DNA from: Candidatus Latescibacterota bacterium
Lineage (GTDB): Bacteria > Latescibacterota > UBA2968 > UBA8231
Reading direction: 5' to 3'
DNA length: 64,000 bases
Assembly (NCBI GenBank): GCA_965215195.1
Contig: CBDCDC010000002.1
Coordinates: 2,336,001-2,400,000, forward strand
The translations under genes and the position numbers were made by a program. The notes below the pieces were generated by a model that was not told the DNA's origin, made no database searches, and was given only the letters and a program-made list of their open reading frames with translations. Positions 1-8,892 of this stretch are shown piece after piece; the first letter of the stretch is position 1; every line of letters starts with the position of its first letter.

Positions 1-1
1 G

Positions 2-127
2 CGCTTCAACTACCACCATCAGGGGAACCTCAGTCCGGGTGAATGGGTGGTCATCAGCGACAAATGCGGAACCCGCTGGGACCCGCGCAAGAGCGACTAC
101 GAGCCACCGGACGAGCTGGTGTTGTAA
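2..127 (+). CDS. 3' end of a gene entering the window (hypothetical)
   Basis: Open frame RFNYHHQGNLSPGEWVVISDKCGTRWDPRKSDYEPPDELVL* ending at TAA 125-127, with GC3-rich codons; converges on the next gene. Confidence 0.4.
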   Translation, partial: RFNYHHQGNLSPGEWVVISDKCGTRWDPRKSDYEPPDELVL

Positions 128-1710
128 GCTTGGTCCTCCCTAGGGCCGATGACGCGGCGAGCGCGGTCGCTCAGGCGCCGCGGGGTCCATTTCGGCTCGC
201 GGACGAGGCGCACTTCGATCTCGCCGACGTCGCGCAGGCGGGCGCGGAGCTGCTCCTCAATGCCAGCGGAAAACCAATCGAGCCAGGTCTCGCGGCCCGC
301 GTACGGCATGACGATGTCGACGCGGATGTCGCTCCCTTCAATGACGACCTCCTGCACGATTCCGATATCGAAGAAGCTGAGCTGGCGCTGGCCCCAAGGC
401 GATCCTTGAACGTAGAGCTCGAATTCGTTCGTGGCCCGCAGTGCGTCCATGACATTGTCGCGGCTGATCGGCCTAGGAGCCGGGAGGGCCTCTCCTTGGG
501 TGATTGGGTTGAGCAGGCGCTGCTGGTAGCCGACGAGGTCGGCGAGGCCGCGGTGCTTTCCTCCCTCTTCGTATCGGTGCAGGACGTAGGCGTTCTTCTC
601 GTACACGTGCTCGCCAGCGCGCATCGCCGCGTTATGTACCGGATAGCGGACCCAAGTGCCGATGTGCGAGAATCCGGCGTGAGCTGGCTGCGGCCAGCTC
701 GGGTTGGTGTTCTCGAATTCGAGGTGAATGCTGCCGAATCCTTCGCCGGTTTCGCGGTTGAAATGGGTCACCCAGCGAGGGTCCTCGCGCTGCCAGCCCC
801 GGGCCCCAAAACCGATCTCTCCCTCCGGCCCCATCCAAGCTCGTTCGGGTAGCTGTTCGCCGATGACGAACTCGTCGTTGCGGCAGTCGCGGAAACGCAC
901 GTCCTCGAGAACCTCGAGCTTCGACTCCATGATGACGTAGGGCTGACCGGCCCAGAAGCTGTAGGTTACAGTAGCCATGACCTTGTGGGGCCGGCCGACT
1001 TGGGGACCGATTGACAGGATCGGATGGCCCCAGCGGCGGATGCGCACGCAGACCGGTCCCTTGACTACATCATAATCGAACAGGGGCGGGCCGTCCCAGT
1101 TGGTGAGCCGGTAGCGGCCAACGCGCTCGTCACTCCAGTCGGGGCCCCAGTGAATGGTGCCTTCGACTCCGTGGCCGTGTCGATTTACGAGTTTTGCTGG
1201 CCCCCTTTTCGAGTAGTGATCCTTCCAGTTGCCGTTCATCTTCCCGAGGACAGCGCGGTAATGCTCGTTTTCCACCTCGAGGGCATACCCTTCGCCCGAG
1301 ACCTTGAGGTCCGTGTCGTAGTGGGGCTCGGGTGCCTCCGGGTTGCCGTATAGCAGGAGGTAGGTCGCCGAACCTCCGGCGGCCACATCGGCGAGGAAAA
1401 ACAGCCGGCAGCGCAGCAACTCGTCTTCGCGGTCCATGAGGTGCGCCTGACTCGGCACGACTTCTATAGGACCGGTTTCGCTGTGGAGACGGGCGACGCG
1501 GATCTCGCGGCCGAGGTCGGTGACGTGGCCAGCGTGAATGTCCACGTCCGCTTCAATCGGTTCGCCCCGGCGGTCGTGCGTCGTGTCGTTCACCAGCACT
1601 AGGCGCTTGGCGTACTTCCAGTTAGGAGGCACTTGCGGCAGTGATGCGGTCGAGTCCCAGTCGCAGGCGGGAATGTAGATGGAAGATTCTTTCATCCGGG
1701 ATTTTTCCAT
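97..1710 (-). CDS. Hypothetical protein with C-terminal DUF59/SufT-PaaD-like (FeS assembly P) domain
   Basis: C-terminus has SFFDIGIVQEV..IRVDIVMP..EVRLVREPKWTPRRLSDRAR, the DUF59 pattern; start placed at MEKSR (1710), with MKESS (1695) as the alternative. Confidence 0.6.
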   Translation of the reverse strand: MEKSRMKESSIYIPACDWDSTASLPQVPPNWKYAKRLVLVNDTTHDRRGEPIEADVDIHAGHVTDLGREIRVARLHSETGPIEVVPSQAHLMDREDELLRCRLFFLADVAAGGSATYLLLYGNPEAPEPHYDTDLKVSGEGYALEVENEHYRAVLGKMNGNWKDHYSKRGPAKLVNRHGHGVEGTIHWGPDWSDERVGRYRLTNWDGPPLFDYDVVKGPVCVRIRRWGHPILSIGPQVGRPHKVMATVTYSFWAGQPYVIMESKLEVLEDVRFRDCRNDEFVIGEQLPERAWMGPEGEIGFGARGWQREDPRWVTHFNRETGEGFGSIHLEFENTNPSWPQPAHAGFSHIGTWVRYPVHNAAMRAGEHVYEKNAYVLHRYEEGGKHRGLADLVGYQQRLLNPITQGEALPAPRPISRDNVMDALRATNEFELYVQGSPWGQRQLSFFDIGIVQEVVIEGSDIRVDIVMPYAGRETWLDWFSAGIEEQLRARLRDVGEIEVRLVREPKWTPRRLSDRARRVIGPREDQAYNTSSSGGS

Positions 1711-1833
1711 GGCAAAAGAGTAAACATGAGTACGTTTTCCCGCGAATATGCAACGGACGCGACCGAGGCACAATAGCAGCAGCTTGATCGACTGTTGCTG
1801 GCGCACTGCTAGTTTGTTGGTGTCCCAACTGTT

Positions 1834-2109
1834 TCAACAAGCCAGATGCTCATCGAGAGCGGCACTGAGTTGGCGAAGAACCTCGGGAAACGCGGAGGAT
1901 ACGTCGTCCCTTTCGTTGCGCTCGAGATCGTACAGTATTTGGGGCCACTCGCGCTGAAGGCGCTTGGTCTCGTCAGGCGTAATGTGCATCGGCTCGAAGT
2001 TATCCCCTCCGCTGCGCTTCCTCGAGTGTTTGTCCGGCATGTGCAAGCTTTCTGTTCGGCGAGCAAGGTAGCCGTTCACCGTGTTCATTCTATAATCAAA
2101 GCTTTCCAA
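1834..2109 (-). CDS. Small hypothetical protein or fragment
   Basis: 91-aa ORF filling an intergenic gap; no recognisable motif. Confidence 0.25.
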   Translation of the reverse strand: MESFDYRMNTVNGYLARRTESLHMPDKHSRKRSGGDNFEPMHITPDETKRLQREWPQILYDLERNERDDVSSAFPEVLRQLSAALDEHLAC

Positions 2110-2243
2110 ACCTTATTCGAGGTTGTCAAGAGAAAATTTAGCGCGGCACCGACGCAAGCCACGTCCCTTCCGCACGGCGACGCGGCGATTGCGGCCTACG
2201 GCCCATTTGCCTAATCTGAATATCTTCCCCAAGCGGAGCGGCG

Positions 2244-2741
2244 ATGAACGCAGAAAAATTCGACTATGCCCAATGGTGCGACAGCACGGGCGCACCCCTA
2301 GCGAAAATGCCCGACCGGCTCGGCGTGGCGACCAATGGCTTTATCCGCGACCAGACCGGCAAAATCCTGCTGCAACAGCGCGCGGACAGCGGCTTTTGGG
2401 GCATGCCCGGCGGGCAAGTCGAACTCGGCGAGTCCGTCGAGCAGGGCGTGGTGCGCGAAGTGTATGAGGAAACGGGCTTAGAGGTGCGCGTCGAGCGGCT
2501 GATTGGGATTTACTCCGGGCCGGAGAGCTACCCGTTTATGCGCTACCCCAACGGCACCATCGTCCACTACGTCACCCACGTCTTTATCTGCGACCCCATT
2601 GCCGGCGCATTGCGGCTCTCCGCAGAAAGCACGAACATCGGCTATTTTGCCGCCGATGCCCTGCCCGCCCAGACCTTGCTCTCGCACCGCATCCGCATTG
2701 AGGACGCCCTGACCGGCCTAGTCTCCCCGTTCATTCGCTAA
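2244..2741 (+). CDS. NUDIX hydrolase
   Basis: Nudix box GGQVELGESVEQGVVREVYEETGL. Confidence 0.9.
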   Translation: MNAEKFDYAQWCDSTGAPLAKMPDRLGVATNGFIRDQTGKILLQQRADSGFWGMPGGQVELGESVEQGVVREVYEETGLEVRVERLIGIYSGPESYPFMRYPNGTIVHYVTHVFICDPIAGALRLSAESTNIGYFAADALPAQTLLSHRIRIEDALTGLVSPFIR

Positions 2742-2820
2742 TGTTGACCGCACTTCGCCCAACAGCAGATATTTCTTTTTCGCTCGCCCCAACCTTCAAC
2801 TCGCCAAGAAGAGGAACGAC

Positions 2821-3798
2821 ATGATCAAAATTGCCGAAGTCCTGCCCGATCACCCCACGCCGCTGTGGAAGATGGTCAAGCAATGCGGCGTCAACCACGT
2901 GGTCGGCGGCTTCTCCACACCCGGAGACCCGGCCGACATCCATCCCGAGCAACGGCCCTGGAGCTTTACCAACCTCGTGCGAATGAAAACCGCCTTTAAC
3001 GACGGCGGCTTCTCCCTCGACGTCATCGAAGCCCGCCCGCCGCTCAACAAGGCCAAGCTCGGCCTCTCGGACCGCGACGAGGAGATCGAGTACGCCTGCG
3101 AGCTGATTCGCAACATGGGCAAGATCGGCATTCCGGTCTGGTGCCCGGAGTGGATGCCCGTGCTCAACTGGACCCGCACCTCAATGGCCGCGCCCGGGCG
3201 CGGCGGCGCCATGGTCACCGGCTTTGACAACGAACTAATGAAAAACGCGCCCCTGACCGACGCTGGCGTCGTCACCGAAGAGCAGCTTTGGGACAATTTG
3301 CAGTACTTCCTCGAAAAGGTCGTGCCGGTCGCCGAGGAAGCTGGCGTCAAACTCGCCATGCACCCGGACGACCCCCCGCTGTCGCCCCTGCGCGGCATGG
3401 GGCGGATCATGCGCAGCGTCGAAAACTACCAGAAGCTCCTCAACCTAGTGCCCAGCCCGGCCAATGGCATCTGCCTGTGCCAAGGCAACTTCACCCTGAT
3501 GACCGACGATTTGCCTGAGGTCATTCGCCACTTTGGCGACCGCATCTTTTTCGTCCACTTCCGCGACGTGCGCGGCACGCCCGAAAAATTCGTCGAAACC
3601 TTCCACGACGAAGGCAAGACCGACATGCGTGCCTGCATGGAAGCCTACCGCGACATTGGCTTTGAAGGTGTCCTGCGCCCGGACCACGTGCCGACGATGG
3701 AAGGCGACCGCAACGACAGCCCGGGCTATTCGTCGATCGGGCGCTTGTTTGCCATCGGCTATATCAAGGGGCTGCGCGAGGCCGTGTACGCGAATTAA
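2821..3798 (+). CDS. uxuA: Mannonate dehydratase
   Basis: LAMHPDDPP, FVHFRDV and RPDHVP motifs; WDNLQYFLEKVVPVAEEAGV; RBS GAGG upstream. Confidence 0.85.
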   Translation: MIKIAEVLPDHPTPLWKMVKQCGVNHVVGGFSTPGDPADIHPEQRPWSFTNLVRMKTAFNDGGFSLDVIEARPPLNKAKLGLSDRDEEIEYACELIRNMGKIGIPVWCPEWMPVLNWTRTSMAAPGRGGAMVTGFDNELMKNAPLTDAGVVTEEQLWDNLQYFLEKVVPVAEEAGVKLAMHPDDPPLSPLRGMGRIMRSVENYQKLLNLVPSPANGICLCQGNFTLMTDDLPEVIRHFGDRIFFVHFRDVRGTPEKFVETFHDEGKTDMRACMEAYRDIGFEGVLRPDHVPTMEGDRNDSPGYSSIGRLFAIGYIKGLREAVYAN

Positions 3799-3886
3799 GC
3801 CATCCTACGTCATTCATAAGTAGGCAGGCGGTATGCTGCGGATAATCGAATGATTGTGGGTTGCTACTTACAGCCCGTTCAATGCG

Positions 3887-5245
3887 ATGTGTAATCGTTT
3901 AGCGGCAAAAATCCGCACGTACTTGTCGATACTGGGCGCGCTCCTGCTCGCCATCCATCCCTTGGGAGCCGAGGAACTGCGCCTTGGCGGGCCGGGTGGC
4001 TGGGGCGAGTGGAAGCTGCCCGGCGACGCGATCGATATCGCCGATGGCGTGCTCAAGCCCGCGTTCGTGCGCCAGAATATCGACGCAGTGCAAAACGCCG
4101 CGACCTTTGGCGGCGGCATCCGCGCCGCGGGCACGGCCCTAAATCGCGCGGCGCGGCTGATTGACGGCAACGTAGAGACGGCTTGGACGCCCGCTGCCGA
4201 GGCCCCGCTAAAGGACTGGTGGATAGAGGTCGATCTAGGTCGGGTGGTCTCGGCGCGTACCATACGCCTGCACTTTGCCGCAGGCAGCGAGCCGCTCGCA
4301 TTTTTCAAGGTTTTCACTTCCGACGGCGAGCCTTTCTTCACCAACGCTGGCGTGGCCATTGAGGGGACCCTGCGCTACAACGACCGCCGCCTGTACAGCT
4401 TTAACCAAGACCGGATCGTCGAGATCGACTTTGGCCTCAAGCCCCTAAAGCACATTCGCATCCAAGCCGACAGGAAGACCCTTGGCGCCCAGCTCAGCGA
4501 GCTGTCAGTAGAGAGCGTGGGCGACAATCTGTCCCTCGGCGCACAAGAGCGCGGCGGTCAGATCGATGTGCATAGCCTAGTCGGCTCGGGCCGGAACGAG
4601 CGCTACGAGAATCCCTTGATCAGCCGCAACCTAATCGACGGGGATATCACCTCGTACTGGGGCCGCAAGGAGGGGCGCGGGAAGACGCCGGTGGGGCGCT
4701 TCGTCCTCGACTTGGGCGTGCTCTTTTGGGTAGATCGAGTGCGGTTGTTGGGAGATTTCACCGGGCTGCCGACGACCGGCGAGAGAGCTCGCACCCGCTT
4801 TGGGTCCATCAACTACTTGTGGTACAAGATGTATGGGTCGGACGGCTCGCTGGCACCGGACGGCTCGCTGCGCTGGATCTCGCTGGGGGAGTTGCCCGAA
4901 TCGCCGCGCAACCAGCTAAGTCCCATTTTGCAGGGCCGCCGGGTGCTAACTCCTAATTCCCAACGGCACTTGCCTCCATCACCCCCAACCCTTCCTCCAA
5001 TTCCTCGACGCTGGCAAAGGCGACCAAGGTGCAATGTACCCCCTCGGTCGCCAGCACCCATTGAATCGCCCGTTCGGTGCGCGGCACGCGCTCGCCCGGC
5101 TCGGCTAGCTCGTGCCAAGGGCCTGAAACAATCGGATAGACCAGCGGCAGCTCTCGGCGAATGCCTTCCCCCCTTGGCGATAGCTCCTCGACCTTTGACT
5201 CCCCCACGGCCGACCAGTCGGTCTGCGTCTTGTCGGCCCAGCTAA
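3887..5245 (+). pseudogene. Secreted discoidin/F5-8-type-C-like protein, probably 3'-truncated near 4920
   Basis: Signal peptide; two LIDG..W..(VDLG/LDLG) discoidin-like repeats; after ~4920 the frame turns into Pro/Arg-rich antisense read-through of the opposing gene. Confidence 0.5.
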
Positions 5246-5831
5246 GCCACTGGCCGCCCAAGGCCTTCATAATCAGTACGCCCTTCCCAGCCTGTGCCGA
5301 CGCCGCAATGCCCGGGGCCTGCCAGCGGCAGACGTAGTTGTAGATGACCAAATCGGCGTCCGCTGCGGGTTCGGGGCCGCGTCCGGCATAGGCTTGTTGG
5401 TCGGCCAACATGTGCCGGATCAAGCACAAGGCGCGCACTTTGCCCTTGGCTTGGCACGCGGCGATGCGCTCGGCCAAACCCTCGTTTTGCAGATAGGCAT
5501 AGTGGTGTACCCGCAAAATATCAATGGCTTCGCGGCGCACATTGGCGAGGTGCTTGTCGATAGTTTCCTCCACCTCGGCGGCTGCCGGTGCGCCCACCTT
5601 GAGCGAGAAGAAGCGGTCGTCCCGCGGGCCTTTTAGTTCGTCCGGGATGTGGACTTCGTCGCCGTAGCCCATGTCGAATAGGTTGATGCCCAGCTCAACG
5701 GCCCGCAGGTAAATCCGGCGTTTCTCCGCGGGCGGCGGATGGCCGTTGACGCCCTCGTAGCGGGCCAACAGCCCGCCCAAGCCGATGGTACTCAGCTCCA
5801 TGTCCGTCTGTCCAAAGCGGCGGTATTCCAC
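4953..5831 (-). CDS. Aldo/keto reductase family protein
   Basis: MEYRRFGQTDMELSTIGLG, AVELGINLFD, GKVRAL, GVLIMKALGG. Confidence 0.8.
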   Translation of the reverse strand: MEYRRFGQTDMELSTIGLGGLLARYEGVNGHPPPAEKRRIYLRAVELGINLFDMGYGDEVHIPDELKGPRDDRFFSLKVGAPAAAEVEETIDKHLANVRREAIDILRVHHYAYLQNEGLAERIAACQAKGKVRALCLIRHMLADQQAYAGRGPEPAADADLVIYNYVCRWQAPGIAASAQAGKGVLIMKALGGQWLSWADKTQTDWSAVGESKVEELSPRGEGIRRELPLVYPIVSGPWHELAEPGERVPRTERAIQWVLATEGVHCTLVAFASVEELEEGLGVMEASAVGN

Positions 5832-5987
5832 GATAGCCTCCTTGCGTCGTTAGCTTGCTGCACCCAATATGGCACGTTAATTTCTCCGCCACCATCCCGG
5901 CCGCACTTGGCACGACCGCGGGCACTACGTAAAACACTGGATCAACCTGCTCATCGCCGAGCGCGCCCAACAGGAGGTCGCCACCCC

Positions 5988-6815
5988 GTGAAACTCTACT
6001 ACAGCACCTATGGCATGAAACAACTCGACGTCTTTGGGGCCTTGCCGCGCCTCGCGGACATGGGTTACGAGGGCATGGAAATCGCCGTCACCCCGGGCTG
6101 GCCGACCGCGCCAGCCAACGTGGACGCGGCTGCCCGCAAAAGGCTCGCCGACCTCTTCCGCCAGCTCGGCTTCCCAGCGCCGGCCCTGATGGCCCTGCTC
6201 TCGCCTTGCGTCGAAGGCGAGGGACGCGCAGCCGCGCTAGCCCAGTTCAGGGCGACCTTTGAACTGAGTCGCGCACTCCGGCTCGACGACCGCCCAATGG
6301 TCGTCAGCACCACCCTCGGCCATCCCAAACCCGCTTGGGAGACCGGCAAAGGGCGCATCGCTGAGCTGGTCCTCGAAGTGGCCGACATGGCCGCTGAATA
6401 CGACGTCATCGTCGCCATTGAGCCGCATGCCGGCGACGACTTTGAGACGCCGGAAAAGGCCGCTTGGCTCATGCAGCAAACCAACCACCCGCACCTCGGC
6501 CTCAACTTCGACTACAGCCACTTTTGGGTTGAGGGCATTGACTTGCAGCACTCAATTGACCTGAACCTCCAGTACTCGGTCCACAATCACATCAAGGACG
6601 GCTATCTCGACGACGAGGGGCGGGTCCGCTATCTCCTGCCCGGCAGCGGCAAGCTGGACCTGAGGGCTTACTACAAGGCCATGCAGGACGCCGGCTGGGA
6701 CCAGTACCTCTGCCCGGAGGTCACTGGCCAAATATGGAACGCAGGCGGGTACGACGCTTGGAGTACGGCGCAGTTTTGCTACGATGCGCTAAGCGCGGCG
6801 CGGGGCCGATCCTAA
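5988..6815 (+). CDS. Sugar phosphate isomerase/epimerase (xylose isomerase-like TIM barrel)
   Basis: GYEGME, AIEPH, LNFDYSH, HNHIKD, LLPGSG, CPEV; GTG start after AGGAGG. Confidence 0.85.
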   Translation: MKLYYSTYGMKQLDVFGALPRLADMGYEGMEIAVTPGWPTAPANVDAAARKRLADLFRQLGFPAPALMALLSPCVEGEGRAAALAQFRATFELSRALRLDDRPMVVSTTLGHPKPAWETGKGRIAELVLEVADMAAEYDVIVAIEPHAGDDFETPEKAAWLMQQTNHPHLGLNFDYSHFWVEGIDLQHSIDLNLQYSVHNHIKDGYLDDEGRVRYLLPGSGKLDLRAYYKAMQDAGWDQYLCPEVTGQIWNAGGYDAWSTAQFCYDALSAARGRS

Positions 6816-6960
6816 GAAGCCGCCTGAAAACCCCTCGTGGCTTCGACGTCGAGCTCCGCCGAAACGCCGTCCTCTGCAACCCACAGGCGAGGGCGAGACG
6901 CCCTCGATCCCAAGGATTCCGGCGACTTGACTCTTGCCCTCCATCCCAAGGATTTTAGCG
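6816..6960. repeat. Intergenic REP-like palindromic element
   Basis: Starts gaagccgcctgaaaac as at 62505; contains cgagggcgagacgccctcgatccc (6888-6911), the exact reverse complement of 62556-62579. Confidence 0.6.
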
Positions 6961-6975
6961 ACCTAAGACAGCTTC

Positions 6976-7178
6976 TTAAGTACCCGACACCTAAAGTAGG
7001 CGACCCTTACTTTGAGTACGCCTTTTCTGCTGTTTCCGATGGGTGCGGGATCGAGGCACCAGTTCCCAAGCACGGGCTTGCGCCTGCTCTCGGGTCCGGG
7101 ATCGAGGGCGTCCCGCCCTCGACGAGGGCAAGATGCCCTCGATCCTTGGCAGGCTGAGGGCTGGTGTCGTGTAGTAAG
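6976..7178 (+). mobile_element. MITE copy A (203 bp)
   Basis: Ends ttaagtacccgacac / gtgtcgtgtagtaag; perfect 9-bp direct repeat gacagcttc at 6967-6975 and 7179-7187. Confidence 0.85.
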
Positions 7179-7234
7179 GACAGCTTCTAACGAACCTCTA
7201 CGATGCACACCAAGAAGCGCCCGATGGCTGGCGC

Positions 7235-8050
7235 TTATTGTTCATCGCCGACGATCTCGACCTCGCTGCCCTTCTCACGCGCTTGGGCCTTAAACTCGGC
7301 CAACGCCTTGTCGAGGAGGGCCTGTGCCTCCTCAACCTCCTTGCCCCAAGCGACGATATCCACCGGCAGTCGCTGACCCTCGGCCGTGCGCTCGCTCAAC
7401 GCGACGAAGGCCTTGAGGTAGGTATTGGGACATTGGCTCATTACGCTGTGCAGGATCGGGCCGCACTGGGATTCGGGTAGGTTGACGACGACCCGCAACG
7501 AGAGCCGCACGTCGTCGTATATTCCGGCCAAGGCATCCTCTACCGACTGGCGGAACAGGGCCTCAACCTCGCGCGGCGGACCGGGCAGACTGTAAATTGT
7601 GGTCTCGCCGACCTGCGACTCCACGCAGGGAGCCACGCCCGCCGGATTGGGGTGAGCCGAGGAGCCGGCCGGTTTGGTCGCCATCTTGACCAGCCCTTCG
7701 CTGACGTCAGCGCGCCTTTCAATACTGCGGCTCTCCATGTAGTGCCTGACCAAGGTTTCATCTACTGCCGTGCTCACCCCCATGACCTTGGCGATGGCCT
7801 CAACCGTCATGTCGTCGGGCGTCGGCCCAAGTCCCCCGGTGGTGATCACCACTCGGGTGCCGCGCTGGCAGGCATCTTTGAGCGCACCGGTCAACTCGTC
7901 CATATCGTCGTCGAGGATTGCGATCCGACGCACATAGCCGCCCAGCGCTGCGATCTGCTGGGCCATCCAGAAAGAGTTGGTGTCTTGGATCTGTCCGTTT
8001 AACAGCTCGGTGCCGATTGAGTAAATTTCGATAGCCGGTCGGTCGGTCAT
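7235..8050 (-). CDS. CinA-like N-terminal (MoCF/molybdopterin-binding) domain protein
   Basis: IGTELLNGQIQDTNSFW, TTGGLGPTPDDMT, SLPGPPRE; the start is MTDRP because the longer ORF runs into a MITE. Confidence 0.85.
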   Translation of the reverse strand: MTDRPAIEIYSIGTELLNGQIQDTNSFWMAQQIAALGGYVRRIAILDDDMDELTGALKDACQRGTRVVITTGGLGPTPDDMTVEAIAKVMGVSTAVDETLVRHYMESRSIERRADVSEGLVKMATKPAGSSAHPNPAGVAPCVESQVGETTIYSLPGPPREVEALFRQSVEDALAGIYDDVRLSLRVVVNLPESQCGPILHSVMSQCPNTYLKAFVALSERTAEGQRLPVDIVAWGKEVEEAQALLDKALAEFKAQAREKGSEVEIVGDEQ

Positions 8051-8195
8051 AATCTCTTTCTCTGCGGTTGTGATAGGCAAGAAGGATCGGATATGCACCG
8101 GGCATTGAACCCAGCTAGGCAGTGGCAATATAACAAGCCGGAATAAACGATTCGAGTGGTAAATCGTCTTGTTCCTACTATCTGATGTAGGATGC

Positions 8196-8346
8196 CTTAG
8201 TACACGACCCCTAAAGTAGGCGACCCTTACTTTGAGTACGCCTTTTCTGCGGTTTCCGCTGGGTGCGGGATCGAGGGCGTCCCCCCTCGACGAGGGCAAG
8301 ATGCCCTCGATCCTTGGCCGGCTGAGGACTAGTGTCGTGTAGTAAG
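8196..8346 (+). mobile_element. MITE copy B (151 bp)
   Basis: Ends cttagtacacgac / gtcgtgtagtaag; flanks gtaggatgc (8187-8195) and gtaggatgt (8347-8355), 8/9 identical; interior matches copy A minus an internal segment. Confidence 0.85.
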
Positions 8347-8409
8347 GTAGGATGTATATTAGAGCCTAATCCAACTTCAACCGTGCTGTCGAATTACAAG
8401 GAGAAAAAT

Positions 8410-8892
8410 ATGAGCAGCGTCCACGACTTCACGGCCCAAACCATCCGCGGCCAAGACGCCGACCTAGCCGCCTACGCCGGCAAGGCGCTTCTCGTCGTCA
8501 ATGTGGCCAGTGAGTGCGGCCTGACTCCGCAATACGCCGACCTAGAGGCCCTGCATCGCCAATACGCCGCCAAGGGCCTCGTGGTTCTCGGCTTTCCCTG
8601 CAACCAGTTCGGGGGGCAAGAGCCCAACAGCGAGGCGCAGATCCTCCACTTCTGTCAGACCCGCTACGACGTCAGTTTTCCGCTCTTTGGCAAGATAGAG
8701 GTCAACGGCCCCAACCGGCATCCGCTCTATGCCTATCTCGCCGGCGAGGGCGCGGCTTTTCCCGGTGCCATCTCGTGGAACTTCGAGAAATTTCTCATCG
8801 ACAAGGACGGGCAACCGCTGGCCCGTTTCGCGCCCCGCACCACACCCCGCGATCCGAAGCTGGTCGCGGCTGTCGGAGAGGCCCTCGCGTGA
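8410..8892 (+). CDS. Glutathione peroxidase family (Gpx/BtuE-like)
   Basis: VNVASECGLTPQY, GFPCNQFGGQEP, WNFEKFL; RBS AAGGAG. Confidence 0.92.
   Translation: MSSVHDFTAQTIRGQDADLAAYAGKALLVVNVASECGLTPQYADLEALHRQYAAKGLVVLGFPCNQFGGQEPNSEAQILHFCQTRYDVSFPLFGKIEVNGPNRHPLYAYLAGEGAAFPGAISWNFEKFLIDKDGQPLARFAPRTTPRDPKLVAAVGEALA

Noticed and set aside
43-852. Long + strand ORF and the many similar antisense or alternate-frame ORFs throughout
   Set aside because: Shadows of GC-rich genes on the other strand or frame, without motifs or RBS
6734-7293. Short ORFs across 6.8-7.2 kb and the N-terminal extensions of the 7235 and 8332 ORFs
   Set aside because: They are translations of REP/MITE sequence
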